From an uncultured Rhabdochlamydiaceae bacterium (GTDB taxonomy: Bacteria > Chlamydiota > Chlamydiia > Chlamydiales > Rhabdochlamydiaceae): DNA of 64,000 nt. A program made the position numbers and the translations under genes. The stretch is from the NCBI GenBank assembly GCA_963712275.1, contig CAVQHD010000001.1:1568001-1632000 (forward strand). The letters run 5' to 3'. Below are positions 37,151-48,209 of the stretch, in pieces. Position 1 is the first letter of the stretch, and each line of letters starts with the position of its first letter. The notes below the pieces were generated by a model. It worked only from the letters and a program-made list of their open reading frames with translations, was not told the DNA's origin and ran no database searches.

Positions 37151-40100
37151 ATGACAAAGAAATCATCCACCTCTCAAGCACAAGAGTTAATCGCCGCAAT
37201 CAAAGATAAAGGCGAGCGGCCTCAGATGAGCCATTTTACGGTTGTCAAACGGAATGGGGCGATTGTCCCCTTTCACCGCGACCGCATTGAACGAGCCATT
37301 GAACTTGCCTTCCATGATACGAAGAAAGTCCCTTTTGAGCTGTCCCTTTCCGATGAGTGGAAGCAGGTGGTCCAGCTTGTGACAGATCGGGTCATTGAAC
37401 AACTTTATACCCTTGCTTCTAAAGGGGCGAGCCTAACCGTTGAAGGAATCCAAGATATCGTCGAAGTGACTCTCATGAAACTGGGGCATCATGATGTCGC
37501 CCGCGATTATATCATTTATCGGGATCAACATAAGTTGCTGCGTGAAGATTCCCCTCAAAATCTGAAGGTCTACCGCAAGGATGGGACCGCTGTGCGATTC
37601 AATCCAATGAAGATCGCCTCCTCCATTGAAGAGGCTTTTCGCCGCTCTGAAAGAATTATAGATCAATCCCCTCCTGAAATGATTGGTGCAGTGAACCGTC
37701 TCACCGACCTGATTGTTAAAAAAGCGCTCGAGCTTCACAAAACGGGCGAACCGCTGCATGTGGCAACCGTTCAGGACGCCGTAGAGCAACTCCTCATGGA
37801 AAAAGGGCATTTCCAAGCGGCAAAACAGTACATTCTTTACCGCGCGTCGCTTGAAGAGGAATCTCTTTCTACCGCCGAAGAAAAACCGGAAGGGAAGCGG
37901 CAATTTACCATCACGATGGCCGATGGGAAAACTCGCATTTTAAAAGAATCACACCTTAAAAGCCGCCTGAAACTCGCCTGCCAAGGTCTAGACAATGTCG
38001 ATCTTAATGACCTCATGGAAGTCGCCATTCTTAATTTTTATGAAGGGATTAAAGAGCCTGAAGTTGAACAAGCAACAATCATGGCAGCCCGCAGCAAAAT
38101 TGAGATCGAGCCTGCCTATGCCATTGTTGCAGCACGTCTTCTCTGCGATGTCCTCTATCGCGAAACGATGGACATGAGCGCAGGAGAGGCAGGTTTTGCA
38201 GCAGCCCACGCAGCTTACTTTAAAAAATACATCAAGTTTGGCATCTCCGTTGAGAGGCTCTCACCTGCCCTTTTAGAGTTTGATCTTGACATGCTCGCAG
38301 CGGCAATTGACTTAAAGCGAGATCACCTTTTCTCCTACCTTGGACTTCAAACCCTCTACGACCGCTATTTTATTCACCACTTAGAAAGACGGCTTGAAAC
38401 TCCCCAAATTTTCTGGATGCGAGTCTCCATGGGCCTTGCACTAGCCGAAGGAGCGCAAAAGAACAAACGAGCAATTGAATTTTACAACCTTCTTTCTCAA
38501 TTTAACTATACATCGGCTACGCCAACTCTGTTCAACTCTGGCACCAATCACTCTCAGCTTAGCTCCTGCTATCTCTCAACCGTAATGGATGACCTTGCCC
38601 ATATCTTTAAAGTCATCTCCGATGATGCCCAGCTCTCCAAATGGGCAGGGGGAATCGGAAACGATTGGTCTAATGTTCGCGGAACAGGATCTCTCATCAA
38701 GGGAACCAATGGGAAAAGCCAAGGCATTATCCCCTTCTTAAAAGTTGCCAACGACACCGCTGTAGCAGTCAACCAAGGGGGGAAACGACGGGGAGCGATG
38801 TGCGCCTACCTTGAAACATGGCACCTTGACATCGAAGACTTTTTGGAGCTTCGAAAAAATACAGGTGATGAACGGCGCCGAACCCATGACATGAATACCG
38901 CTAACTGGATCCCCGACCTCTTTATGAAAAGGGTGCAAGAAAACGGAAAGTGGACCCTCTTTAGCCCAAGCACCGTCCCCGACCTTCACCACCTGTATGG
39001 GCAAAAGTTTGAAAAACGATATGCTGAATACGAGAAAATGGCTGCGGATGGAAAAATAAAGCCGTTTAAGCAAGTCGAAGCAGTCGATCTTTGGCGTAAA
39101 ATGCTGAGCATGCTCTTTGAGACAGGCCACCCCTGGATCACGTTTAAAGACCCCTCCAACATCCGCTCCCCGCAAGACCATGTCGGCGTTGTCCACAGCT
39201 CAAATCTGTGCACCGAAATCCTCCTCAACACCTCTGAAGAGGAGACCGCTGTCTGCAATTTAGGATCGATCAACCTTGCGGCGCATTGCACCCCAGAAGG
39301 ACTCGATGAAAAGAAGCTTAAAGCAACCATTCGAACCGCCATCCGCATGCTCGATAATGTCATCGATATCAATTTCTATCCCACCGTTGAGGCTAGGTCA
39401 TCCAACCTTAAACATCGACCCATCGGCCTTGGACTCATGGGATTTCAAGATGCTCTTTACATCCAGAATATCAGCTATGCAAGCCATGAAGCGATCGAAT
39501 TTGCCGACAAAGCGATGGAAATGATCTCTTATTATGCCATTTTAGCCTCGAGCGAGCTCGCCAAAGAACGGGGAGCTTACGAAAGTTACAAGGGGTCCAA
39601 ATGGGATCGAGGGCTCCTTCCCATCGACACCTTGGACCTCCTTCAGAGTGAACGAGGAGGATATCTCGATATCGACCGCACTGTCCGCATGAACTGGGCC
39701 CCTGTGCGCGAGTCCATCAAAAAATATGGAATGCGCAATAGCAATACAATGGCCATTGCACCAACAGCAACGATTTCTAATATCACTGGAATCACTCAAT
39801 CGATTGAGCCGACTTACAAAAACCTCTTTGTTAAATCCAATCTCTCAGGAGAGTTTACAATTCCCAATGTTTCTCTTGTCGATCGACTCAAATCTCTAGG
39901 TCTTTGGGATCAAGAGATGCTCGACGACCTCAAGTATTTTGATGGCTCCATCTCTGAAATCGATCGCATCCCCGAGGACATTAAACGGGTCTACCTGACA
40001 GCTTTTGAAATCGATCCAGAGTGGATCATCGAATGTGCAAGCCGGCGTCAAAAATGGATCGATATGGGTCAATCACTCAACCTTTACATCGAAGAGCCCA

Positions 40101-40342
40101 GCGGCAAAAAGCTGCACCAAATGTATATGCTGGGATGGATTCGGGGCCTTAAAACCCACTACTACCTCCGGTGCATGGCCGCCACTCAAATCGAGAAATC
40201 AACGACCGATATTAATAAACGAGGACTACAGCCCCGCTGGATGAAAAATAAATCGGCCTCTAGCAATATTAAAGTCGAGCGAGAGGAAAGTGCTCCTAAA
40301 GCCTGTAAATTAGGCGATGAAACGTGTGAAAGCTGCCAATAA
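37151..40342 (+). CDS. nrdA: Ribonucleoside-diphosphate reductase alpha subunit with three N-terminal ATP-cone-like repeats
   Basis: VVKRNG / VYRKDG / ITMADG repeats, [26 protein letters not shown] and C-terminal CESCQ. Confidence 0.97.
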   Translation: MTKKSSTSQAQELIAAIKDKGERPQMSHFTVVKRNGAIVPFHRDRIERAIELAFHDTKKVPFELSLSDEWKQVVQLVTDRVIEQLYTLASKGASLTVEGIQDIVEVTLMKLGHHDVARDYIIYRDQHKLLREDSPQNLKVYRKDGTAVRFNPMKIASSIEEAFRRSERIIDQSPPEMIGAVNRLTDLIVKKALELHKTGEPLHVATVQDAVEQLLMEKGHFQAAKQYILYRASLEEESLSTAEEKPEGKRQFTITMADGKTRILKESHLKSRLKLACQGLDNVDLNDLMEVAILNFYEGIKEPEVEQATIMAARSKIEIEPAYAIVAARLLCDVLYRETMDMSAGEAGFAAAHAAYFKKYIKFGISVERLSPALLEFDLDMLAAAIDLKRDHLFSYLGLQTLYDRYFIHHLERRLETPQIFWMRVSMGLALAEGAQKNKRAIEFYNLLSQFNYTSATPTLFNSGTNHSQLSSCYLSTVMDDLAHIFKVISDDAQLSKWAGGIGNDWSNVRGTGSLIKGTNGKSQGIIPFLKVANDTAVAVNQGGKRRGAMCAYLETWHLDIEDFLELRKNTGDERRRTHDMNTANWIPDLFMKRVQENGKWTLFSPSTVPDLHHLYGQKFEKRYAEYEKMAADGKIKPFKQVEAVDLWRKMLSMLFETGHPWITFKDPSNIRSPQDHVGVVHSSNLCTEILLNTSEEETAVCNLGSINLAAHCTPEGLDEKKLKATIRTAIRMLDNVIDINFYPTVEARSSNLKHRPIGLGLMGFQDALYIQNISYASHEAIEFADKAMEMISYYAILASSELAKERGAYESYKGSKWDRGLLPIDTLDLLQSERGGYLDIDRTVRMNWAPVRESIKKYGMRNSNTMAIAPTATISNITGITQSIEPTYKNLFVKSNLSGEFTIPNVSLVDRLKSLGLWDQEMLDDLKYFDGSISEIDRIPEDIKRVYLTAFEIDPEWIIECASRRQKWIDMGQSLNLYIEEPSGKKLHQMYMLGWIRGLKTHYYLRCMAATQIEKSTTDINKRGLQPRWMKNKSASSNIKVEREESAPKACKLGDETCESCQ

Positions 40343-40356
40343 ATATAACTAGAGAA

Positions 40357-40545
40357 AAAAAGATCGGGCAAGGGAACGGGCACGGTAACGTTCACGAAAG
40401 AAAAAACCAAAGACTGTGTCTGGTACAAGAAATGCAATATAGCAAGAGTCTAAATTACAGATACACCCTGCCTCAATGTTAGCGAAAATGGCTAGAGGAC
40501 TTCTTTCGTGAACGTTACCGTGCCCGTTCCCTTGCCCGATCTTTT
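40357..40545. repeat. Inverted-repeat element, family B, copy 2 (opposite orientation to copy 1)
   Basis: ~45-bp arms homologous to 9927-10066 around a ~98-bp spacer, between nrdA and nrdB. Confidence 0.92.
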
Positions 40546-40587
40546 CTCTGCATAGGTGAATAGTTACCAGTAAATAAGGATAAAACC

Positions 40588-41625
40588 ATGAAAAATTTAA
40601 AAAATACCAGTCAACGCGTCAGCGCCGATCTAAAACGGCTGATTAACTGCAAAACAGTCGACGTGAATCAACTCATGCCTCTCAAATATAAGTGGGCGTG
40701 GGAGCATTATCTTAACGGTTGCGCAAACCATTGGATGCCAACAGAAGTCCCCATGGGAAAAGATATTGAACTCTGGAAATCAAAGCAACTCAGCAATGAT
40801 GAAAGACTCGTGATCCTGCGGAACTTAGGGTTCTTTAGCACAGCAGAAAGTTTAGTCGGCAACAACATTGTACTTGCCATCTTCAAGCACATCACCAACC
40901 CCGAAGTTCGGCAGTATCTTCTACGGCAATCCTTTGAAGAGGCGATCCACACTCATACCTTCCATTACATCGTCGAATCGCTCTCCTTAGATCAGGGAGA
41001 AATCTTCAATATGTATAACGAAATCAATACCATCCATGCGAAGGATGACTTTGAAATGAAGCTCACCGAAGACATCTTAAAGCCCGACTTCACCACAACG
41101 ACCCCTGAAGGAGCCCGTAAATTTTTGGAAAACCTGATTGGATATTACATCATCATGGAAGGGATTTTCTTCTACAGCGGCTTCGTGATGATCCTCTCTT
41201 TCCACCGGCAAAACAAAATGACAGGAATCGGCGAGCAGTTTCAATATATCTTGCGCGATGAAACCGTTCACCTTAACTTCGGCATCGATCTCATTAATAG
41301 CATCAAAGAGGAAAACCTAGAGCTCTGGACCCCCGAGTTCCAAGCCCATATCGTCTCCCTCATCCGTGAAGCTGTCGAACTTGAGTACCTCTATGCCGAA
41401 GACTGCCTTCCTCGAGGCATTCTCGGCCTGACTGCCCCGATGTTTCGAGAATATGTACAATATATCGCAGACCGCAGACTCGAGAGAATCGGCCTCAAAC
41501 CGATCTACAAATCCAAAAATCCGTTCCCTTGGATGAGTGAAACCATCGACCTTCAAAAAGAGAAAAACTTCTTTGAGACCCGCGTGACCGAGTATCAGTC
41601 TTCCGGCAGCCTCTCCTGGAATTAA
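40588..41625 (+). CDS. nrdB: Ribonucleotide reductase beta subunit, class Ic (R2c) type
   Basis: STAESLV (Glu ligand), EEAIHTHTF (Phe at the radical Tyr position), RDETVH and [10 protein letters not shown]. Confidence 0.95.
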   Translation: MKNLKNTSQRVSADLKRLINCKTVDVNQLMPLKYKWAWEHYLNGCANHWMPTEVPMGKDIELWKSKQLSNDERLVILRNLGFFSTAESLVGNNIVLAIFKHITNPEVRQYLLRQSFEEAIHTHTFHYIVESLSLDQGEIFNMYNEINTIHAKDDFEMKLTEDILKPDFTTTTPEGARKFLENLIGYYIIMEGIFFYSGFVMILSFHRQNKMTGIGEQFQYILRDETVHLNFGIDLINSIKEENLELWTPEFQAHIVSLIREAVELEYLYAEDCLPRGILGLTAPMFREYVQYIADRRLERIGLKPIYKSKNPFPWMSETIDLQKEKNFFETRVTEYQSSGSLSWN

Positions 41626-41629
41626 GAGA

Positions 41630-42847
41630 CTAAGAAGGATTAAAAGCAACGTCTAGCTGGTAAAGCTGGCTAGGCTCTGTGATACCATGAAGGTTGCAGT
41701 AGCCTGCCAGAGTCATGGTAGGCTCTGAGAGCTTAATCGATTGCCAAGCCCCATGACCTCCCTGTTGCCCGAGATAAGCTTTCAGCTCTTCTATTTGCCA
41801 TTTCTTATTAAAATCCTTAAAAAACACAATAAAACCACTGAGGGAATCTAGTGAAAACTCTCCTCTTAAGGCCTCCTCAAGTTTGTTTTCTTCTCTAAGA
41901 AAATCGTCATAAAGGACTTGAAATTGCACATTAAAAAAATCTTTCTTTGTTTCTTGGGTTAGTTGATTAAAAAACCCATTCAGAAAATTAGCACAAGCCT
42001 TTCTAAGCGAAGACTTTTGAGAGCCGCTAGGGCTGTGATGATTCAAAATAATGGCAAATTGCTCAAGCGTCAGCACAACTTTATTCCATCGTTGAAGCTG
42101 CAAACAATCCATATCCGCCATTGTTTCAAGCCCTCTTTCTTTAAAGGTTTCTCGGCGACAGCCGAGAAGGCTGTAATTTTCAATAACAAGAAATGTCAGA
42201 TATTCTTTCAAAGATCTAAAGGTTGGAACTGCAAGTTTCGAAAACCCTTCCTGAACATGTAGCAGACACTCTTCTTTTTGCTTTTTTTCAATTTTTGATA
42301 TGCTTTCTAATTCTATTCGATATTCTTCAAAAGAAGACTTTATATCAGTTCCTTCTTTGTTTAATTTTTCTTTAATATTTTCTAATTTTTTTCGAGATTC
42401 CTCTAAAACTTTTTTATTCACCCAAACATCAATTAAAGAATTAATAGAACCTTTAATCCCCCTTACCCTCATGGCCCATGCAGCATGGGTCTCCTCTTCT
42501 GTCCAAGTTTTCTGTTGTTCTTGCAAATGAGCGATCTCTTCGGCTAATTCGGAGTCTTCGAGCTCAATTTGGTGCTCCGCTAAAAAACTCTCAACATTAG
42601 GAGGAGTCAATATTTCCATAGGAGGAGGGACCGCTTCCCCAGGAACGACCGGCTTCTGGCTTTGAAAAAAAGCTGAAACAACAAGGTCGACAAGGACAAT
42701 CAGATAATTCAAAATGGGAATTCGTTCTAAGCATCCTACCACATAATGGACAGCCCACCTCCCCTCCCACATCGTCAACTGCGCAGCCGCCTTAAAATGG
42801 TCATTTGCCCTTTGATAAGGGTATAATGCAATTTTTAGAAAATCCAT
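41630..42847 (-). CDS. Hypothetical protein with an N-terminal hydrophobic segment and coiled coil
   Basis: 405-aa AT-rich ORF; HYVVGCLERIPILNYLIVLVDLVV; E/K-rich central helix. Confidence 0.75.
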   Translation of the reverse strand: MDFLKIALYPYQRANDHFKAAAQLTMWEGRWAVHYVVGCLERIPILNYLIVLVDLVVSAFFQSQKPVVPGEAVPPPMEILTPPNVESFLAEHQIELEDSELAEEIAHLQEQQKTWTEEETHAAWAMRVRGIKGSINSLIDVWVNKKVLEESRKKLENIKEKLNKEGTDIKSSFEEYRIELESISKIEKKQKEECLLHVQEGFSKLAVPTFRSLKEYLTFLVIENYSLLGCRRETFKERGLETMADMDCLQLQRWNKVVLTLEQFAIILNHHSPSGSQKSSLRKACANFLNGFFNQLTQETKKDFFNVQFQVLYDDFLREENKLEEALRGEFSLDSLSGFIVFFKDFNKKWQIEELKAYLGQQGGHGAWQSIKLSEPTMTLAGYCNLHGITEPSQLYQLDVAFNPS

Positions 42848-42931
42848 CCTATTTATTTTACCCGATCTTGGTCTATTTCACCAGGAAAGAAATTTCTTGA
42901 AAATTAGAGTCTTTCGCGCAACTGGCTGCTC

Positions 42932-45877
42932 ATGTTAAGATCCTCTTCACTTATGGAATGGAAAAAAAACAAGCGGTATCAATCCTTTAAAGTTTTGCAA
43001 GCTACTTATTTAGAAGAACTTAAACTAACACTAATTGAGCTTGAACATGAAAAGTGTGGGGCGAGGGTTCTCCATCTGGCAAATGATGACCCTGAGAACC
43101 TGTTCTGCCTCTCCTTTCAAACCATTCCGTCAAGTTCGAATGGAGCTGCCCATATCCTTGAGCACACCGTCCTCTGCGGCTCGCTTAAATTCCCTGTTAA
43201 AGACCCTTTTTTTGCAATGACACGCAGGAGCCTCACAACCTACATGAATGCGCTGACGGGGGCTGATTTTACCTGTTATCCAGCCGCATCCCAGGTTGAA
43301 CAAGATTTTTACAATCTTCTGGAAGTTTATTTGGATGCGGTGTTCCATCCCCAGCTCAAACGGGAAAGCTTTTATCAAGAGGGGTGCCGCCTTGAACTGG
43401 CTGACAGAGCCAATTTAAAAGGCCCTCTTATTTGGAAAGGAGTTGTCTTCAATGAAATGAAAGGAGCGCTTGCCTCCCCTGATAGCCGCCTTTGGCATAC
43501 GCTGATGAAAGCGTTAGTTCCAGACCTGACTTATGCCCACATTGCAGGAGGAGACCCTGCAATTATTCCAACACTGACCTATGAAGAGCTCATCCATTTT
43601 TATGAAACTTATTACCACCCTTCACGCTGCCTCTTTTTTTTCTACGGCAGCTTTCCCCTGAAAAAACATCTCGATGTGCTCGAAGAAACGGTGCTAAAAA
43701 ATGCCCCTAAAGCGCCTCCCCTCCCTATTCTTCCCAAACAAAGTCGATTCTCATCTCCCAAATATATCGAAAGTTCTTACCCTAGCTCCTCTGAGACAGA
43801 GGAAGAAGCGATCATTGCTTGGAGCTGGCTTACAACCTCTGCAAATGATCAAGATACAGTGCTTGCACTGACGCTTCTCGATGCTATTCTCATGGAAACC
43901 GACGCCTCTATTCTTAAGCTGCCCTTATTGCAATCAGGGCTATGTTCAACAGCCGATGCATTTCTCGATCCTGAAATGTCTGAGATCCCTTATGTGATCG
44001 TTTGCAAAGGGTGCAATCCAGAAAAGAGCGACGCGCTTGAAGACCTTCTTCTGACCACCTTGCGCCATATTGTTCAAAACGGCATCCCCTCTCATTTGAT
44101 TGAGGCGGCGCTTCATCAACTTGAACTCTCCCGCCTTGAAATCGGAGGAGGGCATACCCCCTTTGGACTCACCCTCTTTTTGAGAGCAGCCCTCACCCAG
44201 CAGCATGGAGGGCATCCAGAAAAAGCGCTCAAGATCCACACTCTTTTTCAAGAACTCCGGCAAAAACTGGCAAATCCTGACTACCTTCCCCATCTTCTGA
44301 AAACCGTACTACTTGAAAATCGTCATCGAGTTCGTGTGATCATGAAACCCGAGTCTAAACTTCTTGAGCAAGAAAAAGCAGAAGAGGATGAAAAACTTAA
44401 AAATCTATCCAACGATCTTCCCGAGCAAGAAAAAAAACACATTGCCAAGCTTATGCAACATCTTGAACAATTTCAGAAAGAACAAGCCAATTTATCGCTT
44501 GACTCTCTTCCAAAAGTCTCATTAGGCAATGTTCCTGTCTTAGCCCGCCACTTTCCTCTCAAGGAGAAAGAGAGCGTCTTGACCCATGAGACATTTACCA
44601 ACGGATTTATCTATGCAGATCTTGTCATGGATCTCCCTTTCCTCTCGCTAGAAGAGCTCCCGCTTGCCCAACTCTTTGTCTCTCTTCTCCCGGAGGTTGG
44701 GGTTGCCTCCCGCTCCTACATTCAAAATTTAGAGCTCGTGCAGGCCCATGTGGGAGGGATGTCAGCCTCTTTGGCTCTCTTCCCACAAACCGATGACCCC
44801 TCTCAAATGAAACCAGCTCTCCTTCTTCGAAGTAAAGCGCTTGATCGCAACAGCGCAGCTCTTCTCCGTCTCATGAAAGAGTGGGCAACTGAAGTACGGT
44901 TTGACGAAACCAAACGGATCGGCGAGCTCATTCAGCAAATCGGGACATCTCTTCAACAAGGGCTAACGAAAAATGGGCTCCGATATGCCTCACAACAGGT
45001 TTTAAGTGGTCTTTCTCCTGCAGGTTATCTCTCTGAAAAAGGGCACGGCCTTTTCTTTTTTGAGTGGACTCAAAAACTGCTCCAGGACCTTCCCAAATCA
45101 CTCCCTAAACTCATGGATGAACTAAGTGGTCTTAAAAACCGCCTCCTTTCGTTCCATGCTCCTCAGCTTATTCTGACCTGCTCTGCCAAGATACATGACG
45201 AGCTCAGGCAAAGAAACTTTGATGACCTTCTGAGCCTTCCTAGCCACCCCTTTAAGCCATGGGAAACGCCTTCTCCAATCCCCCGCATTTCCTCCCAAAT
45301 GAGGCCGATTGCCTCGCCTGTAGCTTTTACCTGCCAAGGGTTTAAAGCCGCCTCTTACCTCAATCCTCATGCGCCAGCTCTTTGTGTTGCCTCTCAACTC
45401 ATGGATCACCTGATTCTCCACCCAAAGATTCGGGAGCAGGGCGGCGCTTATGGTGCAGGGACAACTTACGTCCCCTCCCTAGGACATTTTACCTTTCATG
45501 CCTTTCGAGATCCTCACCTAGAGTCCACCCTTGCAGCTTTTAAAGAAGCAATCTTGGCGATTGCAAAAGGAGAGTTTTCTGAGGAAGATCTAGAGGCGGC
45601 AAAACTCGAATCGATTCAAGCGCTCGACCGGCCGTCTCCCCCTGGAAATCGAGGGATTAATTCCTATTTTCTGAAGCGTGAAGGAAGATCTTTAGAACAA
45701 AGACAATCGTTTAGAGACCGTCTCCTAAATCTGACCTGCCAGGAAGCTGCCCTTGCTGTCGAAAAAGAGCTAAAACCCCGCCTTGAGCAAAGCCTGACTG
45801 TCACGCTTGCGGGGCAAGAATTCCTTGAAAAAGAGAATAAAAAGCTTCAAAAACCGTTGCCTATTATCCCTATTTGA
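42932..45877 (+). CDS. M16C zinc metalloprotease (insulinase/presequence protease family)
   Basis: HILEHTVLCGS (HxxEH), KDPF, MNALT, GVVFNEMKG and IREQGGAYG motifs. Confidence 0.95.
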   Translation: MLRSSSLMEWKKNKRYQSFKVLQATYLEELKLTLIELEHEKCGARVLHLANDDPENLFCLSFQTIPSSSNGAAHILEHTVLCGSLKFPVKDPFFAMTRRSLTTYMNALTGADFTCYPAASQVEQDFYNLLEVYLDAVFHPQLKRESFYQEGCRLELADRANLKGPLIWKGVVFNEMKGALASPDSRLWHTLMKALVPDLTYAHIAGGDPAIIPTLTYEELIHFYETYYHPSRCLFFFYGSFPLKKHLDVLEETVLKNAPKAPPLPILPKQSRFSSPKYIESSYPSSSETEEEAIIAWSWLTTSANDQDTVLALTLLDAILMETDASILKLPLLQSGLCSTADAFLDPEMSEIPYVIVCKGCNPEKSDALEDLLLTTLRHIVQNGIPSHLIEAALHQLELSRLEIGGGHTPFGLTLFLRAALTQQHGGHPEKALKIHTLFQELRQKLANPDYLPHLLKTVLLENRHRVRVIMKPESKLLEQEKAEEDEKLKNLSNDLPEQEKKHIAKLMQHLEQFQKEQANLSLDSLPKVSLGNVPVLARHFPLKEKESVLTHETFTNGFIYADLVMDLPFLSLEELPLAQLFVSLLPEVGVASRSYIQNLELVQAHVGGMSASLALFPQTDDPSQMKPALLLRSKALDRNSAALLRLMKEWATEVRFDETKRIGELIQQIGTSLQQGLTKNGLRYASQQVLSGLSPAGYLSEKGHGLFFFEWTQKLLQDLPKSLPKLMDELSGLKNRLLSFHAPQLILTCSAKIHDELRQRNFDDLLSLPSHPFKPWETPSPIPRISSQMRPIASPVAFTCQGFKAASYLNPHAPALCVASQLMDHLILHPKIREQGGAYGAGTTYVPSLGHFTFHAFRDPHLESTLAAFKEAILAIAKGEFSEEDLEAAKLESIQALDRPSPPGNRGINSYFLKREGRSLEQRQSFRDRLLNLTCQEAALAVEKELKPRLEQSLTVTLAGQEFLEKENKKLQKPLPIIPI

Positions 45878-45900
45878 GGTAAATTCACTCGTTTTGATTG

Positions 45901-45973
45901 GGGCGTATAGCTCAGTTGGTAGAGCTCCTGTCTTACACACAGGTTGTCATAGGTTCGAGTCCTGTTGCGCCCA
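45901..45973 (+). tRNA. tRNA-Val(TAC)
   Basis: Cloverleaf: GGGCGTA/TGCGCCC acceptor stem, CCTGT-CTTACAC-ACAGG anticodon arm, GTTCGAGT T-loop; CCA not encoded. Confidence 0.96.
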
Positions 45974-45988
45974 TGTTGCATACTCTAT

Positions 45989-46062
45989 GCGGGAGTAGTT
46001 CAATTGGTTAGAGCACCGCCCTGTCACGGCGGAAGTTGCGGGTTCGAGCCCCGTCTCCCGCG
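45989..46062 (+). tRNA. tRNA-Asp(GTC)
   Basis: GCGGGAG/CTCCCGC acceptor stem, CCGCC-CTGTCAC-GGCGG anticodon arm, GTTCGAGC T-loop. Confidence 0.96.
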
Positions 46063-46067
46063 AAGTT

Positions 46068-47228
46068 TTAGAGAAAGTTGCTGGCTCCGCCAATGTTCTC
46101 AAGATCCTCAAAATCGATGTTTCCTTGAGGAATGGAAACAGGTTTCTCAGCTTCATTTTTTGGCTTGAAGAGTTGATACGTTACATAGCCAAGTCCAAGA
46201 AGAGCAGCTCCCCCGAGAAAAACAGCGCCTGCCTCACCACCAGCAGACCCCTCTGGAAGGAACTCATTTTGCCAATCGGCGCCTGTAGCACCCCCTAGAA
46301 TTCCTGGGGCTCCAGGTCCCGCCTCTTGAAACTCCTTAAGCGCCTCTGCAACCCAACCTTTGTTATCTCCGGCAAACTGCTCGATCCAACCATTTCCTCC
46401 AGCCACATTAGGAATTGCTTGCTCACCTAGAGCTGCATTTTCTGTCTCATATTGCCCTATCAAACCTTCAACTCTTTGATTTACAGTAACTTCAGCAGCA
46501 GATTGCCGAGGCTGGAAAATCTCTTCATGGTTAGCTTCTTCAACTTCGGCAAACTCATCACTCCAATCTGTTGCAGCTCCTTCAGCAATAACTCTCACAT
46601 CTTGGTTCGCATTTCCTGCTTCATACTCCTCCAACCAACCTACTTCAGGTTGATCGATTGGTATTGCGGGTTGCTGGCTTCCCAATCCCGCATTTTGCAC
46701 AACTTGATAATCCTGGGCTGCTTCCTGCAAAGCTTGCACAGGGGATTCCCCCCCTTTGAAAGAACCAATCAAACTCGACACTATACTCGCTCCTAAACCC
46801 AGCCCCTTCCCAACAATCCCTAATCCGTTGGCCATAAGCATGACACCAACAGTGATCAGATTGAATAAAATCATTGAAAGTTGACTGGTGACATAAAGGC
46901 TTTGAAAAAGCATTGGATGGGTTGCCGGAAAAATGATGATTGCAGCAATAGCGGCAGTCCCAAAGAGCACAAGTCCCACGTTTCTAGGTGTTATAAGGCT
47001 TCTTAAACTCTCTGAGGAAATATTAAACTGGGACTGAATTATGCCTAGCGACGAGAAGTTAAAAATTCTTGTTGCAATTTGGACAGTTGTCACTAAGGGT
47101 GTCGTAGAATAGGAAACAATAGACCGTGCCATTGTGACAAATTCTTCTAAAACAATATCAGGAATAATTGAATTCAAAGTACACCTCATTAATCCATTAA
47201 TTGTAACAAAAAAATTAATTACAAACAA
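46068..47228 (-). CDS. Inc-like membrane protein with repeated WxxxF/Y motifs
   Basis: Bilobed hydrophobic N-terminal region; acidic G/A/E/Q-rich region with WLEEY, WSDEF, WIEQF and WQNEF; C-terminal TM segment; start may be ATG 47189 or 47132. Confidence 0.75.
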   Translation of the reverse strand: MFVINFFVTINGLMRCTLNSIIPDIVLEEFVTMARSIVSYSTTPLVTTVQIATRIFNFSSLGIIQSQFNISSESLRSLITPRNVGLVLFGTAAIAAIIIFPATHPMLFQSLYVTSQLSMILFNLITVGVMLMANGLGIVGKGLGLGASIVSSLIGSFKGGESPVQALQEAAQDYQVVQNAGLGSQQPAIPIDQPEVGWLEEYEAGNANQDVRVIAEGAATDWSDEFAEVEEANHEEIFQPRQSAAEVTVNQRVEGLIGQYETENAALGEQAIPNVAGGNGWIEQFAGDNKGWVAEALKEFQEAGPGAPGILGGATGADWQNEFLPEGSAGGEAGAVFLGGAALLGLGYVTYQLFKPKNEAEKPVSIPQGNIDFEDLENIGGASNFL

Positions 47229-47369
47229 TATATAAACAATATTTAATATATTAAATAATAATTATTTTAATTCTTCATGTTTTATATTAAGTTGCTGGTT
47301 TTGAATCATCTATGAAAAAGACAGAAATTACCCTTTGTTTTTTTTACCAAAGCCTTCAAGATAAGCCTT

Positions 47370-47921
47370 ATGATTCGATGGATAATATTACGATTTTTCC
47401 TTTGCATGATCCCTGTTGTTCCTCTGTTTTCAGACCCTGTTGAAAATAAAGGAAACTATCTTGAGGCGTTGGTTTATTTTCAACAAGCCGAGTTCTATGA
47501 AAAGAGCCCTCTAAAAGCGCTTGCTGGACAGCTGTATTGTCATGTCGCCTTAGGACAATGGGATGAGATCAAGCCTACGATTATTTTAATCCATCAAACA
47601 ATCGAAGAACTTACGAACTGTGAACCTTCCAAGGACCGCCCCCCTTTAAGCTCAGAAGAGCAGCATGCCGCTTATTTATGCCGCCGACGGACCCGTGAAA
47701 TAGCCAATGAAATGCGGCAAAGGGTTGAAGCGCTTGTCCGAGAAACGGTTCCTGGTATCTTTAAAAAAATTAAAACTCTCCGTGAACTCTACCCCTACAT
47801 CGATGCCTTAGAAAGAACAGCTATTGGCTGCTGTCAAAGCAACGTTCCCTGGAAATGTTGCCTTGATCCTTTACTAGAGCAGCTGGAGGTGTGGAATAAC
47901 TTAGGATTAGAGACGTTTTAA
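47370..47921 (+). CDS. Hypothetical exported, Cys-containing helical protein
   Basis: Signal-peptide-like N-terminus, TPR-like helix pair (GNYLEALVYFQQA) and CC pairs. Confidence 0.7.
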   Translation: MIRWIILRFFLCMIPVVPLFSDPVENKGNYLEALVYFQQAEFYEKSPLKALAGQLYCHVALGQWDEIKPTIILIHQTIEELTNCEPSKDRPPLSSEEQHAAYLCRRRTREIANEMRQRVEALVRETVPGIFKKIKTLRELYPYIDALERTAIGCCQSNVPWKCCLDPLLEQLEVWNNLGLETF

Positions 47922-47976
47922 CTTCTGAGCCAGCAAGAAAACCATCGAATTTGCATCCCAAAGCGAGTTTTGCAAC

Positions 47977-48142
47977 TATACTGCGCCCACCCCAAAAGTG
48001 TGAATTTCGGCTAGCGCGAAAGCCCCTAGGATCGACGATCGCAAATTGGTTAGTATTAATCCAATACAAGCCAATTTGCGATCGTCGATCCTAGGGGCTT
48101 TGGCGCAGCCCAAATTCACACTTTTGGGGTGGGCGCAGTATA
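47977..48142. mobile_element. Palindromic MITE-like element, family D, copy 1
   Basis: tatactgcgcccaccccaaaagtgtgaattt...aaattcacacttttggggtgggcgcagtata; TA-bounded; near-identical inverted copy at 51110-51276. Confidence 0.88.
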
Positions 48143-48209
48143 ACTCTTCTTGCTTAACAATTGACAATGTGACATAGTCTGCTCATACGATTTCGACCCC
48201 AAAAAACAA

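Noticed and set aside
37151..40342. Intein or intron explaining the long NrdA
   Set aside because: The extra length is N-terminal ATP-cone repeats; no intein or homing-endonuclease motifs were seen
40343..40587. Riboswitch between nrdA and nrdB
   Set aside because: The sequence is a copy of the family B dispersed repeat
45807..46168. Short ORFs around the tRNAs
   Set aside because: They overlap clear tRNA-Val and tRNA-Asp genes
47821..48167. Short ORFs sharing YCAHPKSVNLG (also 50970-51294)
   Set aside because: Translations of the family D palindrome
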